Positions 25,728 to 38,889 of a DNA stretch of 64,000 nucleotides are shown piece by piece. Every line of letters starts with the position of its first letter. The first letter of the stretch is position 1. Origin of the DNA: Takakia lepidozioides (taxonomy: Eukaryota > Plantae > Bryophyta); contig CM060732.1 in the NCBI GenBank assembly GCA_030704615.1, forward strand, positions 65,720,001 through 65,784,000, read 5' to 3'. The notes under the pieces are model-generated. The model was not told the origin of the DNA. It did no database searches and saw only the letters and a program-made list of their open reading frames with translations. Position numbers and translations under genes: made by a program.

Positions 25728-27858
25728 GTATTTTAACCAGTGCCTATGTGGCCAGAATAACGAGGTGACATGGTTAGAAAAATGGTTATAATATATCAGG
25801 TGGCATGTTTTAACTAGGCCATGACAGTACAATTAGGCTCCTGATATTCAACTACTGGCGCTGTTTGGCGATATTTTTGGATTTTACCCCCCATAATTCT
25901 TTTTTACAAGTAGCCAACCCATTTTCCAGGTTGAAATTTTTTTTCCAGAAAAAAAAACATTGCTTATCTTATATTGCACTAGCCATAATTGTTGTCTTTT
26001 TTCAGCTAATATAGCCACGCCACAAGCAATTGCCATCTACCCAAGGCAGCTACTGGGCTAATTTTATTTGTTGTTCATGTTGGTTGGGCGCTTATTATTT
26101 CTTCACCTAAGGTACTTCAAAAAAATTATAACTGGTTGCAGAAGCATCACTTTGTGAAATTTTTGTCTAGTCTAAACTAGTCTACTTTCATTTATATCTT
26201 TTTTCATAGGAACTTTAAATTAGGTGTTGCAATTTATTTTTGTTGTCAACTCAATTTGAGATCACCCAAAAATTGGTTTCCAAACAAAACTGTTGTGTTT
26301 TGAAGATGAAAAATGAGAGTAAGATTACAGGGACAAAAGTGAGCCACTGTAGCATGCTTCTGCCACTCGTAAAGAACGTCGTCTTTTTTTAATGAGTAGT
26401 TTTAGTACGCTTATATGACTGTGGAAAGGTACATTATATTTGGCTCACTGCATTACACCCAAATATAACATACTTTCCCCAATATAATGCACTGCCCCAT
26501 AATTTTTTGTTTCTTTGCATGGGGTAAAGCCTCAATACCGAGGGAAAGACCAATGACTGAGGACTAGGTAATGGGTGAGGCTAAAGCTTTACGCTAACAC
26601 ATCCAAATCAAACAATAGAGGTGTCAATAGAAGCCTAATTTTGCACCAAAAAGTGAAGCATCAAAGGCATGTGCCCATTGCATGATGTACATGTAGTGTG
26701 GACACATGATATAGAAGATCTTCATGAGAGCAAAACCTGCTCCGTGGATTTTGAGGCAGGTTGCCCAATAGCAAGCAAGGGGTGTAGGGTGGCCAAAATC
26801 TCCATACTACAAACCTAAGCTAGTCTAGCATCTCTGTAAGTTTGGACATGTTTGATTCTGAAACATCTATGGGATGATTCTCATCAGAATAGTTAAATGG
26901 CGGTGGAAAGAGGAAGATGTCAAGTGCTTGTGCCAACTATCCATTGTATTGGTAAGTGTATGGGCAATGTGGGCAGGCTACTACTTAATTTAGTTTAAGG
27001 CACATATGTTGAAACATGCATCCCCATTTAGAGAGGTTTTTTGTCCCTTGAGGCATATGCTAGTATGTTATTCAGTGCTTCATTGTTCAACATTTTTGGA
27101 ATTGAGAAGATCATTTATCATATTTTTGGAATGCTGCAATTTTCATTACATGTGTGCGTGTGCGCGTGGTGTTGTTGTCATTCATCTGGGTTTGGTGAAA
27201 TTCACTGAGTATATGCGTGTGGTTGTATGGTCACAAATATTTGAGCAGACTAGGCTGAAGGCAAGGCAAACATGAAATATCATGATGCTTTGGTTAAATA
27301 TACAAGCATCATACATGTATTCAAATAGTGCCTGGACATTTCCTATCCCCACAAATTAAATCAATTTCTAACATATATAGGACAATATGATTTGAAATTG
27401 CATGATAGCAACATGTGGTCCCTACTCAACCAATGTTGTCATCCAACAAGTGTTAGGTGGCAAGTAGACGTTGGTGTATTTAGTCATTTAAATGACCATG
27501 TTTTGGTAATTTATTTCACTTTAAAAAAAAATGGTAATATTTCGGATGTTAAACCAATTTTGTAGTATAGGTTTGGAGCAAGTGCAGAATAGGTTCAAGT
27601 AGTGATTACGGTCTGGTTATTTAAATGACTACAAAGCAGTCCATGTCATGCCGCCATTGTCAGTTTCTGGTGATTGTCCCAAATAATAAGAGTCCTAAAT
27701 CACAGTTGTCCAAAAAATGTTCTCCACCCTAAAAAAAAAATGCCATACCCCGGACCCAGTCCAAAAATGAGATGCATATATACATCCATAACATATGCCA
27801 TACTATGACATTTGTAGCATGTAATGCTAAGGCATAGCATGCAATGGCACATAGACAC

Positions 27859-28610
27859 CAGTGTTGTGTGGTTATTTGTTTTTTTTAATATTAGCCGATT
27901 ACGGATGCTTAACTTGAACTTTATGTTCACATCCTCTGGTTCCGGGGTTTTGGAGATTCTCCGTTTATGATATCCTGCCAATTGGCAACAAATATGAAAT
28001 TTAACCCATGTGGTTATGGACAAATGGAGTTTATGTCAGGAGGCCTCCAGCGGTTCAGTATCCGGTTATCAAACAAATCCAATTTTATTTAATAAAATAA
28101 AATAACCTAAACTTCAAAATCTAATGTATTAAAAATACTAATGAGAAACTAGTTACAAGAACATGGGAAGAGTGCTCTTAGGAGATTTTCTAATGTAGAA
28201 AATGCAAGTGTCCATTCAAATCTCAGAAAATGGGAATGCATCATAGAATATGAAGTTATAAATATGCATGCCCCTTCAAAACGTATGAGTAGAAATGAAA
28301 TGAAGACAAGGCTAGGTCAAGACTATGACCCGCCTGGTTTATGTTGAGTGAATGCAACAATCGGCTATTATCCGGATTATAGCCTCCGATTTTGAATGCC
28401 AGATATATGGGTTCATAACCTGCTTTCAACCACTAGTTCCGGTTCAAATCAAGGAAAAAAAAAACCCGCCGGATCTCAACAAAATTCGTATCCTATGGTT
28501 CTTAAGGGAGGCAGATATCTGGTATTTTGACCTCCGGCAGATCCACACATATATATCCGGGTTATGATCCGCCGGGGTTTGAGGCTGAATCAAATATCTG
28601 CGCAACACTG
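27859..28610. mobile_element. hAT-type MITE
   Basis: TIRs CAGTGTTGTGTGG / CTGCGCAACACTG; TSD ATAGACAC / ATAGATAC. Confidence 0.85.
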
Positions 28611-28628
28611 ATAGATACATGCACCTTA

Positions 28629-29346
28629 GGGCCTCTCATTGTTTAATAATAGGGTCATGAATGCATGGGCGGGCCCCGCCAGTACAACCCTTGGTGTGAG
28701 CTCATAAGCCCACCGCCCATTCACAGGTCGGCGAGATTCTGAAATTTTTCTAAGTCCTTGTTAATCTACCGTGGCGGACCTTCTAGCGGACTGGGCAGAC
28801 CCTCCAACAGACCGACTCCAACCTTCTAGCAGACCCTCTAGACCGACGAGCGGACTGGCACCTCTGGCACCTCTCCAGTAGACTGGGCAAACCCCCTCCA
28901 GCAGACCGGCTTGGACCCTCCAGCAGACCGGCAGACCCTTCGACAAAATATATAATTAATAACACACGTGACCGGCAGACCCTTCGACAAAATATATAAT
29001 TAATAACACACGTTACTGCCACAATACAATGTAACAAGATTTGAACACCTCACCTCATGTTTATCATTCATTGCTCTTAACCACCACACTACCCACCGCT
29101 TTTTGAAAATCCTTGCAATAACTAATGCTTTATGTGCATATTGTGGGCCCCAACAGACTAGCTCATGTGTTTTGTGGGCCCAGCAAACCCGCTTGCCGGG
29201 TAGACCCAACAGCAGACTGGCGGGCATTGGCGGGGTCCGGGTAGGGGCGCTCCCACCCTCCGCGACCCCCTCTGCCACACGCGGGCCCCGCCGCTGCCAC
29301 ATGTGCGGGCATTCATGACCCTATTATTGTTAAATGAGAAGCCACC
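28629..29346. mobile_element. Tourist-like (PIF/Harbinger) MITE
   Basis: ~35-bp imperfect TIRs containing AATAATAGGGTCATGAATGC and its reverse complement; TTA TSD on both sides; internal GCAGACC repeats and a ~42-bp direct duplication. Confidence 0.85.
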
Positions 29347-30330
29347 TTAGGTATGGCATTGCCTATGTGAGGGATAACAAGCGGCTAGTCGCGTAATGGT
29401 TCCACCCTAAAAGTCAAAAGAAATCCTTAAAATATTATATTAAAATAAGACAATCACATATTCAAACTATATTTAAACATGTTCTGCATAAGAGAAAAAA
29501 ATTATTTATTTATATTAAGTTGGGGACAGAGACCTTGATAGAACCTTATTGATGTATGAATTAAATATTGATCTATTATATTACAAAATTGATAGATAGG
29601 CTTACTTTTCTTTATGCTTGATTTCTCCTCCCTCGATCCATACACCCTTCTGCTCCCCTCCTCCTTCTTCCTCAATTCAGGGTTCAACGCCCCTCCGTTC
29701 CACCACCGTTACATGTTCAAGACCCCCTAGGGTTCTAGGGCCGGTACGGCCTGCTGTGTTCCTTCGGGCTAGGGTTCATGCCCCACAGGCAGATTGCTAG
29801 CTCAGGTTAATTTTTCGGGGTGATTCCACTTACATGTAATTGTTTCGCTATCGAGAGTTTGCTCCCATCCTTACCTGATTTAGGTTATTACTCGTAACAA
29901 GTTCGTATGATATCAGGCATGGTCCACCACGCGATGGCAGCCCACGGGCACTCAAGGGTTTTATTTTTTCCCTTCAATAATTTCAGTAAAATTAGCAGGG
30001 CCACCGTCCCCTGTTCAGTTTTTTCTTTTTTCTTTTTCTTTTTTTTAAAATAAAAATAATGATCATACTCGCTGAAATACTGAAATATTTGCTGAAAATC
30101 CTGATGGAGATATTGAAACACTGAAACTTTGATGTACTGAAATGTTGTTTGCCTCCTTGGTTTAAAGTCTGTAGAGCCTTTTTCATGCGCACATAGCATC
30201 CTCACATGCTACAAGTGTTAGAAGAGGCATTCCCATCCCCCGGCCTTCCCAAGCAGAGGATAGACCAGAGCTTGAATTTGAGCCTATGTTAACAAAATTT
30301 GGAATGAAGCCCTGAGCACCATGTAGAAAC

Positions 30331-31147
30331 CAGTGTTGTGCGGTTCTTGCCATACTGAAGGAACCTCCGGTTCCGGTTCCTTGGTATATTTAAAGAGGCG
30401 GTTCCGGTTCCAAAATTCATGGGTAGATTCCGGTTCCGGTTCCGGGTATTTTTTGGGAAGGAACCACCGGTTCCAGTTTCCAGTTCCGGTTCTCTATTTT
30501 TGAGTTTAAAAATATATATTAAATTTTTTATTGGTTTTTTATAAATCTGAAAATGATTTGTGAATCCCCATTAGTTATATCAAATATTTTGACCATGTTG
30601 AAAAGAAACAACACAACATTCATATACAAATTTATGAAATAATAATAATGCAATGTAAGCGAGTATAAATCAATGTGTGTAGAGTACACAAAGAAATTAT
30701 TCTATCTCAAACAACTCGGCCTCTGCAATCAACTCCTTGTTGTCATCTAAGAGGACTTCCTCACTGTTCAAAAATTCGTTCATGGAAGAGCTCACCAACA
30801 CGAGAGACGATACAACGTGTAAAACAAAAAAAACCCGCTGCCTACGCTGCTACCTCCCCCTGCGCTGCTCCGGCCTCCCTCACGCGCTGAGGCGCTGCTC
30901 CCTCCCCTGCGCTGAAGTCACGCTACTGCAGCAGATCGCGCAGTTTGGAGGTGAGAGACGACAGATCTCTTAAATTAAAATAAAAAAAATAAAAAATAAA
31001 AAAAAACCCAAGTGCGGGAACCGGATCTAGAACCGCCACTGACCCCCCGGTTCCAGTTCCCAGCCGGTTCATGGAAAAACCCATACCCGCCGGTTCCGGT
31101 TCCAGTACCGGTTCCAACCCGCCTAAGCGGGTACCCGCACAACATTG
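30331..31147. mobile_element. hAT-type MITE
   Basis: TIRs CAGTGTTGTGCGG / CCGCACAACATTG; perfect TSD GTAGAAAC; (CCGGTT)n subterminal repeats. Confidence 0.92.
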
Positions 31148-31623
31148 GTAGAAACCAAAGATATAGACTTCCCCTAAAATCTCCCCTCTCTGTCTTTCTA
31201 CCTACAGTGATGTGACTAGCACTGTAATAAGAGAAGATGTTTTACCAAGGCTCCCACCAACACCCCAATTCACTGTCTTCAGATTTTATTGGCTGTGAAC
31301 GAGCACCTCGTGATTCTTGGTTGAGTTTCTATACCTTGATAGTCAAAACCCCACTAGCTCCAGCCAGGTTATACCCAAACACAAATATGCCCTCAAGTTT
31401 TGTAAGGCATAGCCAGCACATCTCTCACCTTCCCTTTATCCATCCGACACTCTGTTTGGAAATTGTGGCTCTGCAGTGCCTAGGTAGAACAACAACGTCT
31501 TCGATAAATCCCTCTGAGCTTATGAGCAAGAATAAGATGCTTTGCATCTTTTTCGATTTTCAAAGGATTTTGTGTGCGGTATGAGCCAGCCCTAACCATA
31601 TAGCAAGCCAGGTGGGTATTGAC

Positions 31624-31715
31624 CAGTGTTGGGCGGTTCTTAGTTTTTTTAATATCCGCCGGGTCCGGATACTTGACAAATTAGTGCATTTCTAATATCC
31701 GCCGGTTATACTGTG
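31624..31715. mobile_element. Solitary hAT MITE terminus
   Basis: GTATTGAC|CAGTGTTGGGCGG; partner TIR not found. Confidence 0.55.
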
Positions 31716-32545
31716 AGGTAGAAATTAACGACGGTGTAGAATTAACAAACAAGTTCAATGGCATACTATTGTTCAGATTCCCTGGAGGTTGGGGAAGCAT
31801 ACCTGCCAACATCTGAAGCCCGGCATTGGGAAGTTGCATGCCCATTTCAATTCCAAAAAAGTACTCGATGATGTGCTGCATGATGCGAGGCCTCCCCCCC
31901 GACCACCGCAAAGGAACGAAAGGGACTGTTGTCTCCCAACTCCCGCAGGAGGCCACCGCAGCACGCTGCCATCTGCTGTACTCATGGAGGCAGGAGGGAA
32001 TTATGAAGAGCGAGGGGACCCCAACAACATTAGCCTAACGTGCTCGTTATGAGATATGAGGACTTCCGTTAGGAATTGAGCTGCTACAGAGCCCAACTTG
32101 AGAATCACAATATATACCCTTCACTTATGGGTCTTAAGCTCCGGCCACACCTGGAGTTATAAAGGAAAGGAAGTTAAAATGAAGTTATAAAAAAATATTT
32201 TCGCTCTGTATCCACACCTGCCGGTGGTAGCTAACATCAGATTGGGGCGGAGACAAGTTGATGTTAGGAAAATGGTAATGAACACTCAATGTTAAGTATT
32301 TATTTCATATACATTGAAACGACCAGTGTTAAGCTATCACCACAAAAACAGGCCAAATAACACGGTGTTATGTAGCATTCCCTACGTTTCCCCCCTTTTG
32401 GCATTCCCTATGTTCCCCTAAGTTTCCTCGCGATCACCCATACCTCCTTCGTCACCCCCCCCCCCCATCATCTTCGCTCTATTCGCAATACTCTGTCTAT
32501 GCTCTACACGGTACAGTTGCAGGCTCTACACGGTACAATCCTGCG

Positions 32546-33973
32546 ATGGAGGCGATGGACCAGACAGGCAAAAACGGCGAAGGACACGACGATCAAAATG
32601 AAGAGCAAGCTCCTCCGAATAGTATGTACAATCTTCGCCCATTGAATTCAATATTCGTTGAAGTTCTTTTGGATTTCAATTCTTGAATCTGTCACAACAC
32701 ATTAAATAATTAGAAGATGTGAACAGGAGGAGGCCATGCATCAAGAGGGAGAGGTCAAGGGTCCAGAGAGGTGGGAGAGTAGGAAAGGGGAAGAGAATAA
32801 TGTCTGATGAAAATGCGCAACAAAATTCTGAAACCTTTGAAGGCGGACAAAGAAAGGCCAAAATCAGACAGCCCAATTGGGAACATGCAGGGATCATATC
32901 ATTGATCAATGCGAAAAGAGACGAGTATTTTGCAAGTCTGGACATGGTGGACCCCCGCGACCAGTTTGAAACTGCAGTAGTCAAGTGGCGCAAGATTGCT
33001 GACAGTGTTATGAAAGATGGAAATTCCCCACACCCCCGCAATGGCCCGGCGTGTAAAGACAAGTGGGGATCAATATATGGAGACTTCAAAAGAATTCATG
33101 ACTATATGCAGGGGACGGGCCACAATGAGGTATACTTGGACTTGAGTCCGGCTGAGAAACTGGGCTTCAATCTACCCAGACATTATAGTTTATGGGGATC
33201 AGACCCATTTTCCACCCACCGCATGCTCGTGATCTCATGCAAAAGGGGACAATGTCTACGTCCCACCTGCTATCTAGTATCCATTTACTAGACTCGGATA
33301 CATCAGATCATGTACAACAAAAAGTACTGCCTCCAAATCATGGTGAAGAGACAGTCAATTACATACCACGAGCAACACCGATATGGAAGGGTCTACCAAT
33401 TCAACCTCAGTTAGGAAAAATGAGTCCAAGAACACTCCCCTTGCCTCTGCTCATGTCACTCCCCTTGTCTATGGTGGTACTCAAGAATGCCCAATTGAGT
33501 TCAGTACTGGGTTTCAAGCTGCAATGGCAGATGCCATGAGGCAGCCAATGTTCACTGACAACTCAGACTGTTCAATTCAATTCATGTTGAAGGCACCCAA
33601 TCGGCAACCAGTGGGCAGCATTGGGGTGAAAAAAAAATCCTCCTCAGCTCACACTAGCATGGTGGACGCTACGGAGAAGGGTAACAAAATGCTTGCTAAA
33701 TCTCTGGACAAAATCCGAGAGTCTCAAGAGGCTGTGATCAACAAACAACTTGAATACTACAAGCAACACGACGAAGAAACTAATCAAACGCAGCGCAACG
33801 TGGTAGAGACAATATTTGGCCTGACCCAGATAATGGGAATGACATTTGGGCGACATGCGAGCAATGCAACTACATCAACATCCAACTATAATGCACCTTG
33901 TCAGAATGACAACAACAATATGAATAGTCGTGCACCTTCTCCCGATGACAACAACAATGCAGAAGAACTCTGA
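32546..33973 (+). pseudogene. PIF/Harbinger ORF1, Myb/SANT (trihelix-like) DNA-binding protein, frameshifted
   Basis: RQPNWEHAGIISLI..KWRKIAD..RNGPACKDKWGSIYGDFKRIHDY; coding sequence split over several frames. Confidence 0.85.
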
Positions 33974-34105
33974 CATCTGCTGAAAAATCCGAATTCTTTT
34001 GAATACAATGTCAGTATACATACTTGCAATTTTCAATGAGCAGTATATTCCCAAAGACATTTGAACTACATGACATTTGATGTACCTTTTTCACAGCATA
34101 TTCCG

Positions 34106-35430
34106 CTACCTTGCAAGAAAGATTTCAAGGTTGGCCTTGATATTTTCTCCACTTATTTCCTGACCTTCAACAGGCATGTGCATTGGATCTCTAGCAGGTC
34201 TATTAGGTCCAGCATGTCGAGGTTGAGGAGGTCCGTGTTGATATGCTCTTTGTTCTTGCTCAACTTCTTCATCTTCAGCCATCAATGCCATGATATGCTC
34301 CATATCAATTTCCTTGTGAGCAATTATCATATTATGTAGTAGTGCGCAACAAGTCACCATATCAGGAACTAGCGTAATATGGAGCTCTGTTTTTCCAAGT
34401 AACTCCCGAAAGGTGCATTTCAAGATCCCAAAAGTATGCTCAACTACTGATCACGCTTATGTTTTCGGTTGAAAAGGGACTCAAGAACAGCATGTTGCCC
34501 CTCCTTGTGAGGGACTATAATCCATGTGAGCAATGAATACCCCTTATCGCCCAATAGATAAGGGGGCATAGCTTCTTGACATCCTCGGTCTGGATGAAAC
34601 AACTCGCCATACATGGCTTTCCTATACAATCCAAATTTTCGTAATACGCGAGCATCATTAACCGAACCAAGGAACCCAACAAACAGGTCAAGAAATTGTT
34701 TATTGTTGTCCACCACAACTTGCATGACTATACCCACCACTTTTGTGGTAATAGTAATCCTCAGAGAAAGGTCCTGAGGGTTTCAGAATATGGATTTGGC
34801 AGCCGTCTATGGCGCCATGAATGCTAGGTAGGCCACACCAATCTCGAAATTCCACCATCACAGTTTGCATCTTGTCTCCAGTTGACAATGATATGAGATA
34901 TCTGAATTTTATGTTGATCGCTCTAACGATCTCACGAATCACTAAGGCCACAGCAGAACGTCCGATAGCAAATAATTCACTGTACATCAAGTAATTCGCT
35001 CATTGGGCTAATTTGTAGATCGTACATGCCACTCGTATTTCAACATGAACAACTAATCGATACTTGATATTTTGTTTCTCTACAAGAGGACGCAGTTGCG
35101 CTGCAATATCAAAAAAGATGTGCTTGGTCATCCTGAAATGGTGAATCCACCTTTCATTGTCGAAAGTACCAAGAAGAAAATGCGTAAACCAAGTAGTCGA
35201 TCGCGGTTTCACCCAATATCCTAGTTCAACGCCAATAGAACCAATATTACATGCTACCCTGAAGTGATGTAAAATCACGACGTTCATCATCAGCTGCATT
35301 TTAGAGGTGACCGCATGAAATTGAGGCTCTGTATCTTGAGAATTTCCTGCTTCTACAATCTTGAAGACTGTATGGATCAAAAACAGCAAAAATGCTGGAG
35401 AGAAAAGCACGTGGGGAGCAAACGTATCCA
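34106..35430 (-). pseudogene. PIF/Harbinger transposase (DDE_Tnp_4 / HARBI1-like), disrupted
   Basis: HFRMTK, GAIDGCQIHI, GSVNDARV, YLLGDKGY, CCALLHN motifs across four ORF pieces. Confidence 0.92.
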
Positions 35431-35869
35431 TTTCTACGCAAGAACAGCTAGCAAAATGAGAGCATCCAGAGAGCAAAAACAAACAAAGAAACAACGTTGG
35501 AAGAGTGAGGTAGAGGACTAGATGGGAGCGGGAGAGACAACGTAACACTGAGTTGTCATCCCGCGGCCATCACACCAGGTATGAATGAGTAGACGTGATG
35601 GTAGGGCCACCAGGAGAGCCACGTACCACCAGCGCTCGAGTGTGAACGGGAAGGAGTTTACATGAATGATAACTCAATATTAAAGGCAGCTAAATTAGGG
35701 TTTCGTACGACATGCGGATAAGTTGGTGTTAACTCTGGTCTTAACATTTTTCCTAACTTGAGGTGTGGCCCGAGCTTTATCCAATCAAGGTACATTCAAG
35801 TTAACTTTTAAGTGGGGCAGGATTATTTGCTTCATGTAGGTATTATCTTGTGGAGGTATATATCCCAAA

Positions 35870-37365
35870 CTAGGCGATATGCAGGTAGCCCATTGCATTC
35901 TCACTAAATGCTTTTTACAGCGACCTTCTTATCTTTTGCGTTGTTCCCCCCCCACTCCCCAGTTTGTGGAGCTTCTGTCTTCTTTTGATACGACTGTTAG
36001 GGGGGTTTTTGGTCGTCTATCAGGCCCAGGTGCATTTGATAGTGAGCAGGGGCCCTTGGCATGTCGTCAGGCTACCCTCCCGATCTCTTCTGGAGGAGTG
36101 GGTTTACTATCCACAGTCGTCACTGCCCCTGCTGCCTTCCTAGGTAGTTGGGCTTTAGTCGCTCCAGCCTTGGCATCTCGGTTTCTGTCAGCAACACCCT
36201 TTTCTCATGGAGGTGGTTGCCCACATTGACGATGGCTCTTTGTCCTTCCAGCAACATCTTCGTTCAGCGCGGGATCTCATCCCAACACCCGCACAGGCTT
36301 GTCTGCCACCCTTTGAACAGTTGGTCACTCAAGGCCTGGAGCATTTACATGATACCATCATGGAACGCGTGCACAGACACTCATTTGCCAAGATGCTTTC
36401 CGACGCTCCTTCAGATGCACATCGGGCCAGACTTCTCTCATGCGCAGGGCCCGGAGCAGGCGCGTGGCTCACGGTACGACCAACCATTGCACCCTTCCGT
36501 ATGTCTTCTGCTGTATTTACCACCTCCATACGAGTTCGACTGGGTCTTCCGCATCCCTCTGTGTTAGGACTACAACAGTGTGTTTGTCGCCATCCTCTCG
36601 ATTCACTCGGCGTACATCTTCTTCGTTGCCCCTACGGTGGAGAACGCACTGCGACCCATGACGTCGTCCGGGATGCAGCAGTTGTGGTTGCTCGTGATGC
36701 TCTGATACATGTCATTTGAGAGCAGGTGCACATACTCCCATCGACCCACAATCACCATTCCACTCGACGACGGGTTGACATTGTTCTCTCACAGGACGGA
36801 CTGCGTACATTGGCGGACATTGTCATCGCTGATCCTACTAGGTCGGATCTCCTGCCCCACACAGCCTCATCACAGGGAGTAGTAGCTGCGCAGGGAAAGG
36901 AGCATGACTATCGGGCACGTCATTCCACAGACACATTCCTTACTTTGGCAGTCGAGATCTTTGGTTGTTTGCACCATTAGTTCAACGAGTTCCTTCGCAC
37001 ATGTGCCCATCGTGCAGCAGAAAACAAAAGCTTTGGAAGCCCATACGCCTCTGTTATTGTAGCTTTCTTTAAACAACGAGTTTCTGTTGCAAAAGACTCA
37101 AGCTCAATCTATTTTACGTCGGGCAGAGGTTGCTGGGGCGGTTCATCTCGCCTCCCCGAACTCTCTGATCCACCCTCTTTCCTATTGTCCGACCTTCTTC
37201 AGGCTGTAGGTGATACTAGAATAGTTTGATTTCTTTCTTTGTGTTAATATATCTAGCTCTACGAGCTTTGGTTGTTTCCTCTTGGGACAGTTACACCCAT
37301 TTGTAGAGTCACCCCACTTGGGTCTTTTTATAAAGCTATGTAGGGTTAAATTAAAAAAAATTATA
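35870..37365 (+). mobile_element. 5'-truncated CRE-like non-LTR retrotransposon (RT thumb, CCHC, RLE)
   Basis: QATLPISSGGVGL, GAGAWL, RVRLGLP, CVC..HLLRC..HD, RRVDIV..LADIVIADP, AVEIFG; in-frame stops; A-rich 3' end. Confidence 0.85.
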
Positions 37366-38889
37366 TATCAGGATCTTACTCATTTTTGGCACCAATGCGT
37401 GGTCTCTCCCTTATATGGAGGAACCAATAAACATAACTCATATCACGAACAGCAGCATGCCAGAAGTTATGGCACAATGATAGGCACATAGGCAAAATGA
37501 CTTATTGAGTGCAAGTGGGCCATTCAATGGCCTCAGCAAACGTCCGGGCCACTTGATGTACGTTTCAAGAATATTTCCTCAGAATATCCGAATATTCAAC
37601 TCTCAGACGTCTGTCCGACCCCGTTTCTAACGGTGATGTGTGCGAAGTCTTGAATGCGGAGGGCAAGCCCAACAAGGCAAGGCATGCAGAGAGGCGGGTG
37701 TCACATGCTCTGCCAAGCCTGTCCCTTCACACTATGGAGGTCGCCATCGCGCTTAGGTTTTGTGCAATGACGTGGTCGGCACAGATGTACCCTGTTTACA
37801 TTCCAGTGAAGTGTGAAGCTTTGAGTGATGAACTAAGCGCCGACGTCTACTGAGGCTCCTGGCCAGGGCTGCAAGCAGCACTGATTTGAGAGAGAAATTG
37901 AGTTTACTCCAGATCACTGAAGACAGTCGGTGACACCAGAGTGCCAAACGTGAAGTGAAGATGCAGGAAGGACATAAAATTGCTCATCCATCTGTTGCGC
38001 CGACCACAGCGCAGCCTCCTGGACTTCCCAAAACCCTCAATGCTATGGAGTATTATCCTTACTCTTGCTCTTTTGGTGCATGTCATGTTATGTATATGTA
38101 AAGCCTTCTGGGCCCCTTCAATTGCTAGCTCGAGGGTACTCACCCCCTGCATTTGGAAATGCTCGAGGGCGCACTCGACCAAAGTAGGGATCGGCGCAGA
38201 AAAGAGTTTTGTGCCGAAGTAGAATGTTATGATACGTCACAAAGAAGAATAAGAGTGGATGGTGAATGATCAAAACAGAATTGTGCTGGAGCAATTAATG
38301 CTAAAAAAAAACCTATGCTTGTGATTTGCGCTCAAACAGTGTGGTGTTTATGATTATAACAGAGATAATGTAAGATGAGATTTGTGCTGTGGTAAACGAA
38401 ATTGTGCCTCAGGACATTTGTTGAGTGGACAGTTTTCACTGTACAGTCATGGTGGCTTGCCCTGGGCACTGTTAGTCTGCCTAGAAATTATCTTCGTGGC
38501 TTTGCAATCTGCACAGAATTTACAGTAGCATCGGCACCATCTAACCTGGCCAACATTGACCTCTGGCGCCGGAACTCCATTCAAGTATACTGAGAAGTCC
38601 TGATGTCATGACCCTCGGCACTCTGTATTTGCAACCCATTGCTTCTCAGGATCAAGACAGACAACATAACATACAAACAGAGGCAATTTTTTTGGTGAAA
38701 GTTGCACCACTATGATGGTTTGGAGAGAATATTTCCAACACATGTACCAGCAAGGGTTTCTGTTGCTGATAGCAACATGGCGTGGAACTTGGAACACTGA
38801 TTCCCATGCAGAACTCTCATAACCAGGGTCGACATTAAATCAACCCTGTTTTTTCTGACATTTTATGCCTAGTTGTTTACTTGTTTCAT

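Larger units (their letters stand above)
32137..35776. mobile_element. Full-length PIF/Harbinger DNA transposon (decayed autonomous element)
   Basis: TIRs AGCTCCGGCCACACCTGGAGTTA / TAACTTGAGGTGTGGCCCGAGCT; TTA TSD; convergent Myb/SANT and DDE transposase genes. Confidence 0.93.
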
